Shown here one piece after another: positions 18,906-29,145 of a stretch of DNA of 64,000 bases. The DNA is from Vampirovibrionaceae bacterium NZW_1234 (lineage in GTDB: Bacteria > Cyanobacteriota > Vampirovibrionia > Vampirovibrionales > JAGQHJ01). The notes beneath the pieces were generated by a model. The model was not told the origin of the DNA. It made no database searches and worked only from the letters and a program-made list of their open reading frames with translations. The stretch spans positions 128,001 to 192,000 of the forward strand of contig JBGUGD010000007.1 of the NCBI GenBank assembly GCA_041697335.1, given 5' to 3'. Position numbers and translations under genes: made by a program. Numbering within the stretch: the first letter of the stretch is position 1; each line of letters opens with the position of its first letter.

Positions 18906-19697
18906 TTATATGGGTTGAAGCAGGGGTGTTGACGCTTGTTGTGCAACAAAATCCCAGAGGGTTTTCCGAGCATTTAGCGCCTCTTCAATGGCCGCTTCTG
19001 CCACTGGAATCAGTGCCGGTGTTTGAGTCAAAAGCTCATCCAGAATTCGATGGGCTCGTGGGCCGTGCTCTTCCCCATCCAGTTGAATGTGACGCTCAAG
19101 GTAAATAAGAAATGAGGCGCAATTTAAGCCGTGACGATGGAGTTCCGAGACCATTTCCATAAACATTTTGGGAATAATATCTTCACGGGCATGAAAGAAC
19201 ACGGCAGCCTGGACTTCCGGTGGGGCCTCCAACACGCGGAACGTGGTTAAGATGAAATTTTGAACTTCAGCAGGTAATGCTGCTTCTGCCAGTGCATCAG
19301 CCAGGGGGTGTCCTTTGTCCAGGGCAGCAATTACTGTTGTAATGGGGCCAAGGTCGCATTTTGCTTCGTCCATTGCGTTTAAATAAAGCTGAAAGTGACT
19401 CAATGTCTGGTTATTAATTCTATCCGTCTCTTCATCTAAGATGATTTCGTTGATCAGGCGAGCCAGTTCCAAGTTTTTGGGAGGCCGCCAAGGGAGGATC
19501 ATGCCTGTCAAATGAAGCTGAAGACTCTTGACCAGTGACATAAAATCCCAGACACAAAAAATGTGATGCTCCATGAACAGTCTTAAGGCTTGAGGAGAAT
19601 CTATCTGGGCGTAAACCGGATGGTCTTTTAACGCGTGTTTAAGCTCAACAATCCGGGACGAGGAAAAGAGTGGCTGTGTCATGGGGCTGACTTTCAT
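18906..19697 (-). CDS. DUF3050 / heme-oxygenase-like fold protein
   Basis: HPVY, FMEHHIFCVWDFMSLVK, RLINEIILDEETD, SHFQLY and YLERHIQLDGEEHGP. Confidence 0.85.
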   Translation of the reverse strand: MKVSPMTQPLFSSSRIVELKHALKDHPVYAQIDSPQALRLFMEHHIFCVWDFMSLVKSLQLHLTGMILPWRPPKNLELARLINEIILDEETDRINNQTLSHFQLYLNAMDEAKCDLGPITTVIAALDKGHPLADALAEAALPAEVQNFILTTFRVLEAPPEVQAAVFFHAREDIIPKMFMEMVSELHRHGLNCASFLIYLERHIQLDGEEHGPRAHRILDELLTQTPALIPVAEAAIEEALNARKTLWDFVAQQASTPLLQPI

Positions 19698-19726
19698 TGA
19701 TTAAGGGGGCCAATTTATCGTAAGGC

Positions 19727-21814
19727 TTACCCGGGGGATTGTCCAGTTGCATGCTGAAGGGCGGTCTTCAGAACGGTCCTGAGGGATTGGGCCATGTCTT
19801 TGTGCGTGTCAGGCAGCCCTGCCAAGTTCCCTTTGACCGGATCGCAAGCAGCGATATATAAGTTCTTGAGCTCAGATTCACTCAACTGCTTCACGCGAGC
19901 TGAGTAATGTTCACTAATGGCCAAAAGCTCTTCACGTATGGCAGGCAGTGGCTCCGGATCTCGCAGTAGTGAAAGTACTTTGGTCTGTGCTGCCGGTGAT
20001 GGAAAGGCAGTTGCCGGAATGCTTTTTTCAATGAATTCAGCAAATTGAGTTGCGAAAGATTTTGCCAGATCGGTTTCATGTTTCTCACCGTCCATAACCA
20101 CGGTAGAGCGCAACGCATTGGCCATACGCTGCAGGACTTTTAAATACTCATTGGGGGCGGTTGAAATACCGCCACTCGACTTTACGATGTCGCTGAGTTC
20201 TTCTTGAAGAATCGATTTCATTGTTTTTCCATTCATCGACAACTCGACCCCTAAGCCATCCGTAAATGATTCCACCGTGTTCATGACGCGACGGTTGAGA
20301 AGTTCAATCCCTTTGTCTGTAGGGCTTTCCCAGGGGCGTTTGTCTTGTTGGAACCGTTCGCTCACCACTTGGCGGATCAGCCCCGCAATTTCACCATCAT
20401 CCAGCGGTCGGTTAAACAGTTTGAGTTGGAACTGGGTGACGGGATCCAAAGGCTGATTTTTCTGTTTGGAAGCGTTGACCTCTTTCACAACCGCTTTAAC
20501 CACACTGATGATGCTGCGAGTACTGTAGCCGGGATTTTGATTAAGAATGGCAATGATGGTTGGGCGCTGGATGGCTTTATTGAGCTTTATTCCACCTTTG
20601 GCCAGCTCATTTAAAACGATTTCTGCCAGTTTATCCTTGGCTGCGTAATCAATAAACAGGATGCCTTCATGGACACGGCTTTTGGCTGCCCCATCAAAGG
20701 CAGGGAGTTGGTTACTGGTTGCCAGAATGCGTAATTTGGGGAGTCGCATCTTTCCACTGGCATTGCCCATGGCATTGACAATGGTTTTGTTCAGTTCCGG
20801 GAACTGCTCCATTTCATTGACGACCAGTAGAATTTCATCAAACGGTTTGCCATGAAGTTTTTCCAAGATTTTTAAGGCATGCTTGGATTCCACCTCATCG
20901 CCCCCGTAGACACGGTAGAGTAAATCTCGCGTACGAGCATCAAAGCCGGGATCGAGGCAAACGACATTTCCCTTTTCGAGACGCTCTCTGGCGACGGTTT
21001 GTAACAGGAATGTTTTGCCTGTACCGGGTGGACCTTGGGCAATGAGAAAATCTTTATGGCCTTTGCGAAAATCGTTGACCATGTCTTGAGTTGCTTGGTC
21101 ATAATAGCGCAAAGATTCCGTAACCGGGGTTTTAACATCTTCGAAAGTTTTAATGGAACGTTTCAGCGCATCTTCAATCGGGCCTTTTTCCATCATGGGC
21201 CGAAAGACATGGCGGAACAACAACCATCCGGCCAGGGAGGTCAAACCAAAAATCAGGATGGGCACAAATGTTTCTTTCAAGGTTTCTGTAAGTGCACCCG
21301 CCGCTTTTTCCGATATGGGTGTAACACGAGCTTGGAATTGATACGGAATGCCCTGCTTGTCGAGGGCATGGGTAAATTCTTTTGTGTTCTTCGGCAGGGT
21401 TGTTTTGAGCCACTGTTGATCGGCTAACTGTAACTTTGCGACCGGCAAGGCCATTAATGCGTGAGTATCGGTTTCAATGATTGCTCCAGTCACTGCATTG
21501 GATTGAATGAGTGTCATAGCATGCGTATAGGGCACAGTGCGAGAAGCACCCGAAGAAGGAGGGTCAATCTTGTCTCGTGTCTCTTGTGGTTGTTGTTTTT
21601 CTACCGCCAGTTCATCGGTGAATGGCTGTGCGGAGATTGAAGCGGTAGGTAATTCCTGCGAGGTTTGGAAAGTACTGTAGTAAGGTTGTGGTGGCCAATA
21701 GGGGCCAGGGTAGTTAGCTTGCATGGGTGTTGAGGAATAGTAGGGTGAAGAATAGGTCGGATAACCCCAGAAGGGATAACGAGCTGAATTGGCATACATA
21801 TAGGGAAACGACAT
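19727..21814 (-). CDS. Membrane-anchored AAA+ ATPase-like protein (FtsH-like N-terminal half, no protease motif)
   Basis: Tyr/Pro-rich N-terminus, one TM segment, GPPGTGKT, degenerate Walker B LLVVNE, LATSN. Confidence 0.75.
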   Translation of the reverse strand: MSFPYMYANSARYPFWGYPTYSSPYYSSTPMQANYPGPYWPPQPYYSTFQTSQELPTASISAQPFTDELAVEKQQPQETRDKIDPPSSGASRTVPYTHAMTLIQSNAVTGAIIETDTHALMALPVAKLQLADQQWLKTTLPKNTKEFTHALDKQGIPYQFQARVTPISEKAAGALTETLKETFVPILIFGLTSLAGWLLFRHVFRPMMEKGPIEDALKRSIKTFEDVKTPVTESLRYYDQATQDMVNDFRKGHKDFLIAQGPPGTGKTFLLQTVARERLEKGNVVCLDPGFDARTRDLLYRVYGGDEVESKHALKILEKLHGKPFDEILLVVNEMEQFPELNKTIVNAMGNASGKMRLPKLRILATSNQLPAFDGAAKSRVHEGILFIDYAAKDKLAEIVLNELAKGGIKLNKAIQRPTIIAILNQNPGYSTRSIISVVKAVVKEVNASKQKNQPLDPVTQFQLKLFNRPLDDGEIAGLIRQVVSERFQQDKRPWESPTDKGIELLNRRVMNTVESFTDGLGVELSMNGKTMKSILQEELSDIVKSSGGISTAPNEYLKVLQRMANALRSTVVMDGEKHETDLAKSFATQFAEFIEKSIPATAFPSPAAQTKVLSLLRDPEPLPAIREELLAISEHYSARVKQLSESELKNLYIAACDPVKGNLAGLPDTHKDMAQSLRTVLKTALQHATGQSPG

Positions 21815-22653
21815 TAGTGTTGACTCCGTTTTTTAGCCAGTTCAAAGCGACTGAGGAAAATACCAATCATCCCGACGGCAACAGTACCAGCAACGATCAT
21901 GGCCATGAGGTTGCTGGCTCGTCTTAATTCGGAAAAGAGTTTGGTGAAAAATGCTTGATTGTACCTGGGGTTGGTTAGCCCTTTGCTAAGCAGCGACTTG
22001 ATAAACAACGACGGATTTTGACGAGCCATTGCTTTAACTTCGTGAGTTGAAATGCCCAGTGGTTTGGCAATGATAGGAATCGCCAGTTTTTCCAGACCGG
22101 AAGCATTACCTACAACCCGATGAAATTGCTGGGTATACCCAAGCACTTCCCGCTCCATTTGAATGACTTGAGCGGTCATCGGATTGCGCAGCTTGAGGCG
22201 TTTGATGGGTTCAGCCATTTCCAGGGGGGAAGCACCCATGGTTAGTGCCAGGTTTACTCGGGATAGTGTTCCGGCAGAATCGGGATGAAGAATTGTTTGA
22301 CCCATGGGACGAGACATACCATGTTGGGTCAGCCATTGCCCGAGGGATAATGCTTTGTCCCGATGGTGGGTTAATTGGGCAAAGTCTTGGACTATTTGAG
22401 ACTCGGCATTATAGGACTTGTACAGGAGGTAGGCGAGACCACCGGCCATTAAGGATAAAGGAATGTCTGTTCTTACCAAGCGTTGCTGCATGGTTTTTAA
22501 ACGCACTTGTTGTTGAAGAATATGAAAGGAGATGATCTCCTGCTCCATGTCGTCTTCGGGCTCGGATGAATGTTTTTTGGGTGAGGCGGCTCTCAGACTA
22601 CTCCGATGTAATGGAGTAGTGACTTGAGGATAAGGACTCATGAAGTGAACCAC
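21814..22653 (-). CDS. Hypothetical membrane protein
   Basis: 279 aa ORF with two hydrophobic segments; stop overlaps the next start (TAATG). Confidence 0.75.
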   Translation of the reverse strand: MVHFMSPYPQVTTPLHRSSLRAASPKKHSSEPEDDMEQEIISFHILQQQVRLKTMQQRLVRTDIPLSLMAGGLAYLLYKSYNAESQIVQDFAQLTHHRDKALSLGQWLTQHGMSRPMGQTILHPDSAGTLSRVNLALTMGASPLEMAEPIKRLKLRNPMTAQVIQMEREVLGYTQQFHRVVGNASGLEKLAIPIIAKPLGISTHEVKAMARQNPSLFIKSLLSKGLTNPRYNQAFFTKLFSELRRASNLMAMIVAGTVAVGMIGIFLSRFELAKKRSQH

Positions 22654-22668
22654 CAGGCGGGTCTCCTG

Positions 22669-23934
22669 TTAATCATTCAGATTGAGTGTATAGCGCTCAT
22701 TGGGGTCAAATGTGAGTTTGGGCAGTGGTGCTACGTCTTCCTCATGTTGGTGGGATTGCCCGTTTAACATGGTTGCGCCCGCAGCGGGAGGAACGTGAAA
22801 CAAGGAAACAAACTCCAGCCCTGAAAGTCCTGTTTGATTTGCAGAAGGTACTTTTGAGCGTAAATCCGGATCCGCTTTAACCAGTGCGCGAATGGTTTCG
22901 CTTGGAAGACCGTTTTTGAGCCAATGCTTTATAGGTTTCAGATCCACTTGATACACAGAGGGGGCTTGTTTGGGAAATAAGCGTTCAATCGTTGTCTGAT
23001 AGGTGGATGGCAGTTTGAGGCTATTTGGTATTTGAGCCGGATTGCCGACGTAAGGTTTTACAGGTATACCCACGGCCTTTAAATGGTTTAAATAGCCTTT
23101 CAAATCCTCTTGCTGAGGCTCAACCACAACGGCCAATGTGTCGAATTTCCCAAACTGTTCATGAGCCAGGAGTCCCAGTAGATTCGTTAATCCTGTGGGT
23201 GCAATGTCCATGTTTTCCATGGTTGGGAATTCACGTGCGGAAACCATAACCAGTTCGTTGGATTTTGGTTCAAGAACCTGGGTTAGAACGTATCCCATAG
23301 AGACTGGTGTGGTGTGGGGTTTGTTGTCTTCGGGAAACATCTGATGCACGATTGACAGGAGTGTCGGTTGAGTGGGATCCGCTGGGGGCGTCAGTGAAAT
23401 GTCACATAAGGGGACCGTGTCCATGGATTTGGGATAGGTCCGATATTGGACGGGTTTTTGAGGCACTTTGGCAAAGGCGCCACAGACTGTTGTAAATAAG
23501 CTGCCTTCCGCAGGAATCTCCAGTTTGATTTGGTTCTTGGCAGCGCCATGAAGGGCTTGGCGTTCCATAACCGCCGCCTTGATGCGGTTATCATCACATT
23601 GCGCCGGGGTGACCAGGCGAGTGGCATGGTCATGAACCATATAATCGTGCTGGGTTTGAGCGGAAATATTTCGCATCAATCCGCCAGCTTCAATGGTTTC
23701 ACCTTGTTTAATCTTATCAATACTGTTATAGGCGTTTTCAATAATGCCAATGGATAAGCAAATGGGACACATACAGCCTGCAAAGCGGAGATGGCCTGAG
23801 GGCGAGTTACCAGGCGCTTTGGTTGCAATGAAGCGATCCGTCATGTTGGGCTGCCATGTCAGAGGTTTTTGCCCCGGGATAGGGATCTTCTTCGCAGGGA
23901 ACTGAGAGGATGCTTGAAAAGACTGGACTTTCAT
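22669..23934 (-). CDS. Hypothetical protein with LRFAG leader and CMCPIC motif
   Basis: Likely start MKVQSF at 23934; the track start 24156 overlaps the upstream gene and the Fur-like box. Confidence 0.75.
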   Translation of the reverse strand: MKVQSFQASSQFPAKKIPIPGQKPLTWQPNMTDRFIATKAPGNSPSGHLRFAGCMCPICLSIGIIENAYNSIDKIKQGETIEAGGLMRNISAQTQHDYMVHDHATRLVTPAQCDDNRIKAAVMERQALHGAAKNQIKLEIPAEGSLFTTVCGAFAKVPQKPVQYRTYPKSMDTVPLCDISLTPPADPTQPTLLSIVHQMFPEDNKPHTTPVSMGYVLTQVLEPKSNELVMVSAREFPTMENMDIAPTGLTNLLGLLAHEQFGKFDTLAVVVEPQQEDLKGYLNHLKAVGIPVKPYVGNPAQIPNSLKLPSTYQTTIERLFPKQAPSVYQVDLKPIKHWLKNGLPSETIRALVKADPDLRSKVPSANQTGLSGLEFVSLFHVPPAAGATMLNGQSHQHEEDVAPLPKLTFDPNERYTLNLND

Positions 23935-24006
23935 TGAATTCACAAGCCAATAATGTATTTTCAACGTTGATTTCTTTTGTGGCTGATTGAGGGTGGAGAA
24001 TTTGAG

Positions 24007-24033
24007 TTGCAAATAAGAATCATTCTCAATAAG
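24007..24033. promoter_or_regulatory. Fur-like box 2
   Basis: TTGCAAATAAGAATCATTCTCAATAAG, 25/27 identical to the box at 13928. Confidence 0.7.
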
Positions 24034-24127
24034 CCTGGGTCCACCGTAAGAGAAAAGTACTATGTATGTCAAGTCAAAGAAAAATCGGGCTACTGTCGGT
24101 TTTATATACTTTTCTCTGCCAAAACCT

Positions 24128-25825
24128 TTAATTTGTAGGTTTCGATTGGATACCAAGTCGCTTTACTTCTCGATACAAAGCACTTCGGGTTAAACCGGAG
24201 TCTTCAATCATATTATTGATGCGGTAGTCATGACGCTTGAGCAATTGTTCCAAATAGGATTTTGAAGCTAGATCGACAACGGTTGTCAGTGGCTTCGTAT
24301 CCAAATGCTCGACAGCCTGCTTTAATGATTCAAGCCTTGCTTCAATGGGTGGAATAGGGATAGCCGGATCTGCCTGGAGAGCATTTGTTTTACCTTTCAG
24401 TTCGGTTGGGAGGCCGATACCCAATCGTGACAACTCCCGATAAAAGGTCATCACAGCCAATCCTGATTTTGTAGCTGCCTTTGGGACCTTAAAGTCGTTT
24501 TGCTTCAAGGCATGAAGCAGATAGGTTTTTGCCACAAGGTCTCTTAAGGGAGGCAAGGGGCCATCGATGAATTCGCTGACCGCATGATGGAGTTGCTCTT
24601 CGGTGTCGGCAGGAGCCGCTTCATCTTGAGAACGATTGATACGGAGTAAATCCAAGCGGACCTTGTCATCCCACAGCCCCATATTCTTCGCCGTTGCGGT
24701 AATCACGCCGCCGCACAGCTGGTGACGTTGTTGAAGCACCGTTTGATAGACCAGGGCATGAAGTTTATCCCAGGTCAGGTCACCAAAGGCGGCAAGGACC
24801 TGCGCGAGAACACCATTACGAGTATCTGGGGTCAAATTATCTAAATTCATCGGTTTTGCTGAAGGCGGGCTTATTCCCAGATCAGTGGCCTGGATTGCGG
24901 ATTCTTCTCCATTAATCACTGCGCGTTCAATCACGTTCTCCAATTCGCGAATATTGCCTGGCCATGGAGCATTTTTTAAAGTATGGAGGGCCTCTTCAGA
25001 AAACCCACCCGGAAAGGGCTTCCCATATCTTTCGCTGAATTTTGCCAGAAAGTGGTTTGCCAACAGCGGAATATCTTCCTGGCGCTCTCGTAACGGGGGC
25101 ACCCGAATGGGAAACACATTGAGTCGGAAGAACAAGTCATCGCGAAACTTTTTTTCGTCGACCATTTTGGGGAGATCCTGCTTGGTGGCCGTGATGACGC
25201 GAACATCAACGGGGATTTCATCGTTACCCCCCACCCGTTTGATGGTTCGCTCCTGAAGTGTGCGCAGCAGATCCGATTGACACTTGGTCGACATATCACC
25301 CACTTCGTCGAGAAACAATGTTCCACCTGAAGCTTGCTCAAAGATGCCAATACGTTGGCCCGCTGCACCACTGAAGGAGCCTTTCTCATGGCCAAACAGC
25401 TCCGATTCTAAAAGACCTTCCGGGAACGCTGCACAATTCAGGGCTTTCAGCTTTTTACGCGGGCTTAATCCATGAATGGCTTTTGCAACCAGTTCTTTAC
25501 CTGTCCCTGTTTCACCGAGGATGAGTATCGTGGCCGTGGTTGGAGCCACTTTCTGTATTGTTTTGCGGACCTGCTGCATGGCCGGGCTGGTGCCGATGAG
25601 AAAGCGGTCCAGATTGGCTGGAGTAATTTCCTGCGTTTTTATGGATACGCTTTGAAGCGGCTCGTTTCCGGTAAACCGGAATGAAGCTGAATAGAAATAT
25701 GTGGCGGTAGATTGAGGCTTTTGATCTCGATAATGGGTACGGCTTGCACTTGTGTAAAACGACTGAGGCACATAACTATGCCCTAGTGTGCTATATGAAC
25801 CAAGTCGCATCATTACCGAACCCAT
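24128..25825 (-). CDS. Sigma-54 interaction (NtrC-type AAA+) transcriptional regulator with multiple HTHs
   Basis: [37 protein letters not shown] and [10 protein letters not shown]; no receiver domain. Confidence 0.9.
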   Translation of the reverse strand: MGSVMMRLGSYSTLGHSYVPQSFYTSASRTHYRDQKPQSTATYFYSASFRFTGNEPLQSVSIKTQEITPANLDRFLIGTSPAMQQVRKTIQKVAPTTATILILGETGTGKELVAKAIHGLSPRKKLKALNCAAFPEGLLESELFGHEKGSFSGAAGQRIGIFEQASGGTLFLDEVGDMSTKCQSDLLRTLQERTIKRVGGNDEIPVDVRVITATKQDLPKMVDEKKFRDDLFFRLNVFPIRVPPLRERQEDIPLLANHFLAKFSERYGKPFPGGFSEEALHTLKNAPWPGNIRELENVIERAVINGEESAIQATDLGISPPSAKPMNLDNLTPDTRNGVLAQVLAAFGDLTWDKLHALVYQTVLQQRHQLCGGVITATAKNMGLWDDKVRLDLLRINRSQDEAAPADTEEQLHHAVSEFIDGPLPPLRDLVAKTYLLHALKQNDFKVPKAATKSGLAVMTFYRELSRLGIGLPTELKGKTNALQADPAIPIPPIEARLESLKQAVEHLDTKPLTTVVDLASKSYLEQLLKRHDYRINNMIEDSGLTRSALYREVKRLGIQSKPTN

Positions 25826-26170
25826 CTATGAATCGCTCATTCGGGGGATTAGTTAGTGTCAGCGCTTTGAAACAGAGGCCTTACCGTCCCCAACCAATTC
25901 CATTGTATGTAAGTCATCACGGCGACTTCAAGCTTAGGTTTTAAAACTGTTACAATATTGAACTAAATTTGAAGGTCTAAATGATAATTGAGATCGTAAC
26001 CGTTAAAGCCTGAAGTGGTTATTCTGTTTAAGTTCGGAACAATTTCTGTTGGGGCCACCCAGTATTGATTTACTCTAAAGATCACGCCTTCTGCTTTACG
26101 GTAGAAGATGCCCCTTATTATTTTGATAAGCGGGTTCGTATCCTATAGTAGGCTATGCCCAATTCGCTTT

Positions 26171-26788
26171 TTAAGCCATCCAGAAGGGTTGTGGATTGAT
26201 TTGGGCGTTCGGTACAACAACGCGTATGGCATCGGTTGCAAGAGGGCCTGCCGGGGTGGTGATATTTTTGTAGGAATCGATGTACGAATCGAGGACCCCT
26301 TTGGCTTCGAAGGTTGGGACGTAAATATCAACGCCGCCTTGAGCCCCTTTGACTGTTAGTCCCGGAACCAATGGGACTGCGGGTCTTTCCTGAACTCCCA
26401 TAACGAGATGGCGCAAATTATTGGCCGATAAAAACTTTTCAACGGCCCCACGAGCCGACAAGATGGCCGGATCAATCCCTCGGGAATACATCGGTTGGCT
26501 CACCGGCATATAAGACGCATAACTTTGCTGGAATGCCGGGTTCGGGAGGGCCGGTGGAGCATTAAATGCTGTGCTTGTGTATGCGGCTTGGCTTGGGGGG
26601 AACATATTTTGCATCGGCTGAGCTGCTGCATAGGCCGATGGAAAGCTTGGTGTCGGCAGGGCCGGTGGAACAAAAGCGGGTGGATTATTAAACGCATTTT
26701 GCTGAGCGGCGTATGGCGACATTTGCGGATTCAATGCATTTTGTTGTTGCATCATTGGATTGGGTAATACTGGAGAGAGGCTGTACAT
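26171..26788 (-). CDS. Pro/Gln/Ala-rich hypothetical protein
   Basis: 205 aa ORF with GGGAG RBS; low-complexity N-half and globular-looking C-half. Confidence 0.7.
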   Translation of the reverse strand: MYSLSPVLPNPMMQQQNALNPQMSPYAAQQNAFNNPPAFVPPALPTPSFPSAYAAAQPMQNMFPPSQAAYTSTAFNAPPALPNPAFQQSYASYMPVSQPMYSRGIDPAILSARGAVEKFLSANNLRHLVMGVQERPAVPLVPGLTVKGAQGGVDIYVPTFEAKGVLDSYIDSYKNITTPAGPLATDAIRVVVPNAQINPQPFWMA

Positions 26789-27373
26789 GTTCCGAAAACT
26801 CCCAGGCCATTAGTAAACTAGACTGTACCCCATATAAACCCCCACGTCTTCTAAAATTGTCATAAGGATGAATTTTTGTTGCAATATTCTGAAATGTTCC
26901 AATATAACAGAGGGTTTGAGCTGTTTACGACTCAAAAGCCCTCAGTCTTTCATTAAGATTGAGGGCGTCGTGGTTGTGTTTTCAGGGATGGAAAGGGTTA
27001 TGGCCGAGATTCCAAAATCAATTGGCCATAAGTCTCTAACCACTGAACAAGTTGTGTAAGTGCACTTCTCATTGCCGTAGCTCCTTTTGTTTACTGTGTG
27101 AGCCTATGATAAAAGGGATACGGCAATCAGAAATCAACTGTTCACAGTATTTGGCCATGCGGTTGAGTTGTCAAGGTTGTCAGCCTAGAACAGATGCTTT
27201 TCTCTCAGTATTTAAAAATATTTTCAGGATTCATTTTGCTCAATGCTAGACCAGTTTCGTGTTTTATCGAAAGAGATGTGAATGTTCGATTTCGAGGATC
27301 GAACGCATGAATCCATAAGCGTCGGGGTGGTTCTGTATGGAGAGTCTGTTGCTCGAATTCGTCTCGAATTCGA

Positions 27374-27445
27374 GCCTCGTTTTTTCGGAGGATTTACGCT
27401 ATGCTGAAGTCCCAATATTCACGTATTGATCTGTCTCGATAAGAT
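27374..27445 (+). repeat. Direct repeat copy 1 (duplicate of tpx upstream region)
   Basis: GCCTCGTTTTTTCGGAGGATTTACGCTATGCTGAAGTCCCAATATTCA...TATTGATCTGTCTCG.TAAGAT. Confidence 0.9.
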
Positions 27446-27497
27446 CAAAAAGTTACGAAAATTGGTGATCAGAAACGCCCAGGAGTCATGTCATCAA

Positions 27498-28199
27498 ATG
27501 TTTTCGTTTTTGAAACGCTCGAAGCTTAGCCCAGAAGAGCCAGATGGCCATTACGACATAGAAGGGATTCGTTTATATCGTGATGGTTTTAATCTCTCGT
27601 GGCTTGTGGAACTCAATGTTCAGCCTGAGGTTATTGTTGATGTTGGGAGTTATGATGGTGGGGACGCCATTCGTTTCAAGCTTGCCTATCCAACCGCTAG
27701 GGTTGTGGCTATTGAGGCTGATCCAGATAGAGCTCCAATTGTTCGCTCTAATGCTGAGCAACATGGCGTAGTAGTAATCGAAGCTGCAGCGTTTAAAATA
27801 GATGGCTCAATTCCTTGGTATCAGGCCACTATAAACGGCTTAGTCCATGCACAGGGCTCTGCTTATCTACAAACTGATGAGATGAATGAGAGATATCCTC
27901 ATGTATGTCAGAAAACTGTTCCGAGGACTGTTCCTGCTGTAAGGCTGGATTCTATATTCTCGCATATTGACGTTCTGCACGTTGATGCTCAAGGTTCTGA
28001 ATACGATGTATTGATTGGCTTAGGAGATATACGCCCTGCTATTGTATTCCTTGAAACTATGGACGGTTGGGTTGGAGCCAAAAGCGTTAAAGAACTCTGT
28101 AGTTTAATGCAAAATCTAGGCTATGTCCTTGGAAGAGATTTAGTTTCTGATCGTCTGTATATTAGAAAGAATCTTTTCTTACGATGGCCCTGGATATAA
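27498..28199 (+). CDS. FkbM family methyltransferase
   Basis: IVDVGSYDG, VAIEAD and LHVDAQGSE motifs; ATG 27498 after AGGAG. Confidence 0.85.
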   Translation: MFSFLKRSKLSPEEPDGHYDIEGIRLYRDGFNLSWLVELNVQPEVIVDVGSYDGGDAIRFKLAYPTARVVAIEADPDRAPIVRSNAEQHGVVVIEAAAFKIDGSIPWYQATINGLVHAQGSAYLQTDEMNERYPHVCQKTVPRTVPAVRLDSIFSHIDVLHVDAQGSEYDVLIGLGDIRPAIVFLETMDGWVGAKSVKELCSLMQNLGYVLGRDLVSDRLYIRKNLFLRWPWI

Positions 28200-28291
28200 T
28201 GTAATTAATGAATTTTGCTTTTGATAATTTGACTAACTTACTCTGATGGTAGATGAAATCTCTTGCAATGCAAATTTAACCCTCGAGTCGC

Positions 28292-28361
28292 GCCTCGTTT
28301 TTTCGGAGGATTTACGGTATGCTGAAGTCCCAATATTCAATATTGATCTGTCTCGTAAGAT
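28292..28361 (+). repeat. Direct repeat copy 2 (tpx promoter region)
   Basis: Near-identical to 27374-27445; contains a TATGCT -10-like hexamer and runs into the AAGGAG RBS of tpx. Confidence 0.9.
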
Positions 28362-28378
28362 AAAAGGAGTGTACTACA

Positions 28379-28909
28379 ATGAGCGAACAAGAACGCCAAG
28401 GGGTGATTACCTTTAAAGGCAATCCGTTAACCTTGATTGGGCCGGAAATCAATGTGGGGGACCAGGCTCCCGATTTTACCGTATTGGCCAACGACCTGTC
28501 TCCCGTGACGCTTGAAAGCACGAAAGGCAAAACCCGACTCATCGTCACTGTTCCTTCTCTGGATACTCCGGTGTGCGATACCGAAGTCCGCCGCTTTAAC
28601 CAGGAAGCCTCTCAGTTGTCCAATACCGAAGTTTTGGTTATCAGCATGGACTTGCCTTTTGCCCAAACCCGCTGGTGTGGTGCTGCTGGAATCAGCAACG
28701 TTAAAACCCTGTCCGATCACCGGGACGCTTCTTTTAGCAAAAACTTCGGCGTTCTGATCAAGGAGCTCAAGTTGACTGCTCGGGCTATTTTTGTTTTAGA
28801 TGCCAACAATAAAGTGGTTTATAAGGAAATTGTTTCCGAAGTAACCCAAGAGCCTAACTATGAAGCGGCTTTAAAGGCGGCTTCCGCTCAGCCTGTTGGC
28901 GCTCGTTAA
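28379..28909 (+). CDS. tpx: Thiol peroxidase
   Basis: VPSLDTPVC and [13 protein letters not shown] motifs. Confidence 0.95.
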   Translation: MSEQERQGVITFKGNPLTLIGPEINVGDQAPDFTVLANDLSPVTLESTKGKTRLIVTVPSLDTPVCDTEVRRFNQEASQLSNTEVLVISMDLPFAQTRWCGAAGISNVKTLSDHRDASFSKNFGVLIKELKLTARAIFVLDANNKVVYKEIVSEVTQEPNYEAALKAASAQPVGAR

Positions 28910-28935
28910 TCAAACGCCTGATTTGTAGGACCCTT

Positions 28936-28969
28936 AACCCCCTTGGGCATTTTGTCCAAGGGGGTTTTT
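28936..28969 (+). terminator. Intrinsic terminator of tpx
   Basis: AACCCCCTTGGGCA / TGTCCAAGGGGGTT followed by a T run. Confidence 0.8.
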
Positions 28970-29145
28970 GTTTATTTATAAACGTAACCCTAAAGGATGG
29001 ACTAAAACTTGTTGAGTCGAGCGCAACATTTTTTTCCTTCAGTGGCCTTAATTTGATTAATCCGAATTGATCCCTTTTCAATCCGGTTTGTTTCTCCTTT
29101 AATCATCCAATGAACATATCTTGAGGAACGGTGGGTATAATCTGA

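Noticed and set aside
23935..24156. N-terminal extension of the 495 aa ORF
   Set aside because: It overlaps the upstream gene end and the Fur-like box and begins with a non-ATG codon.
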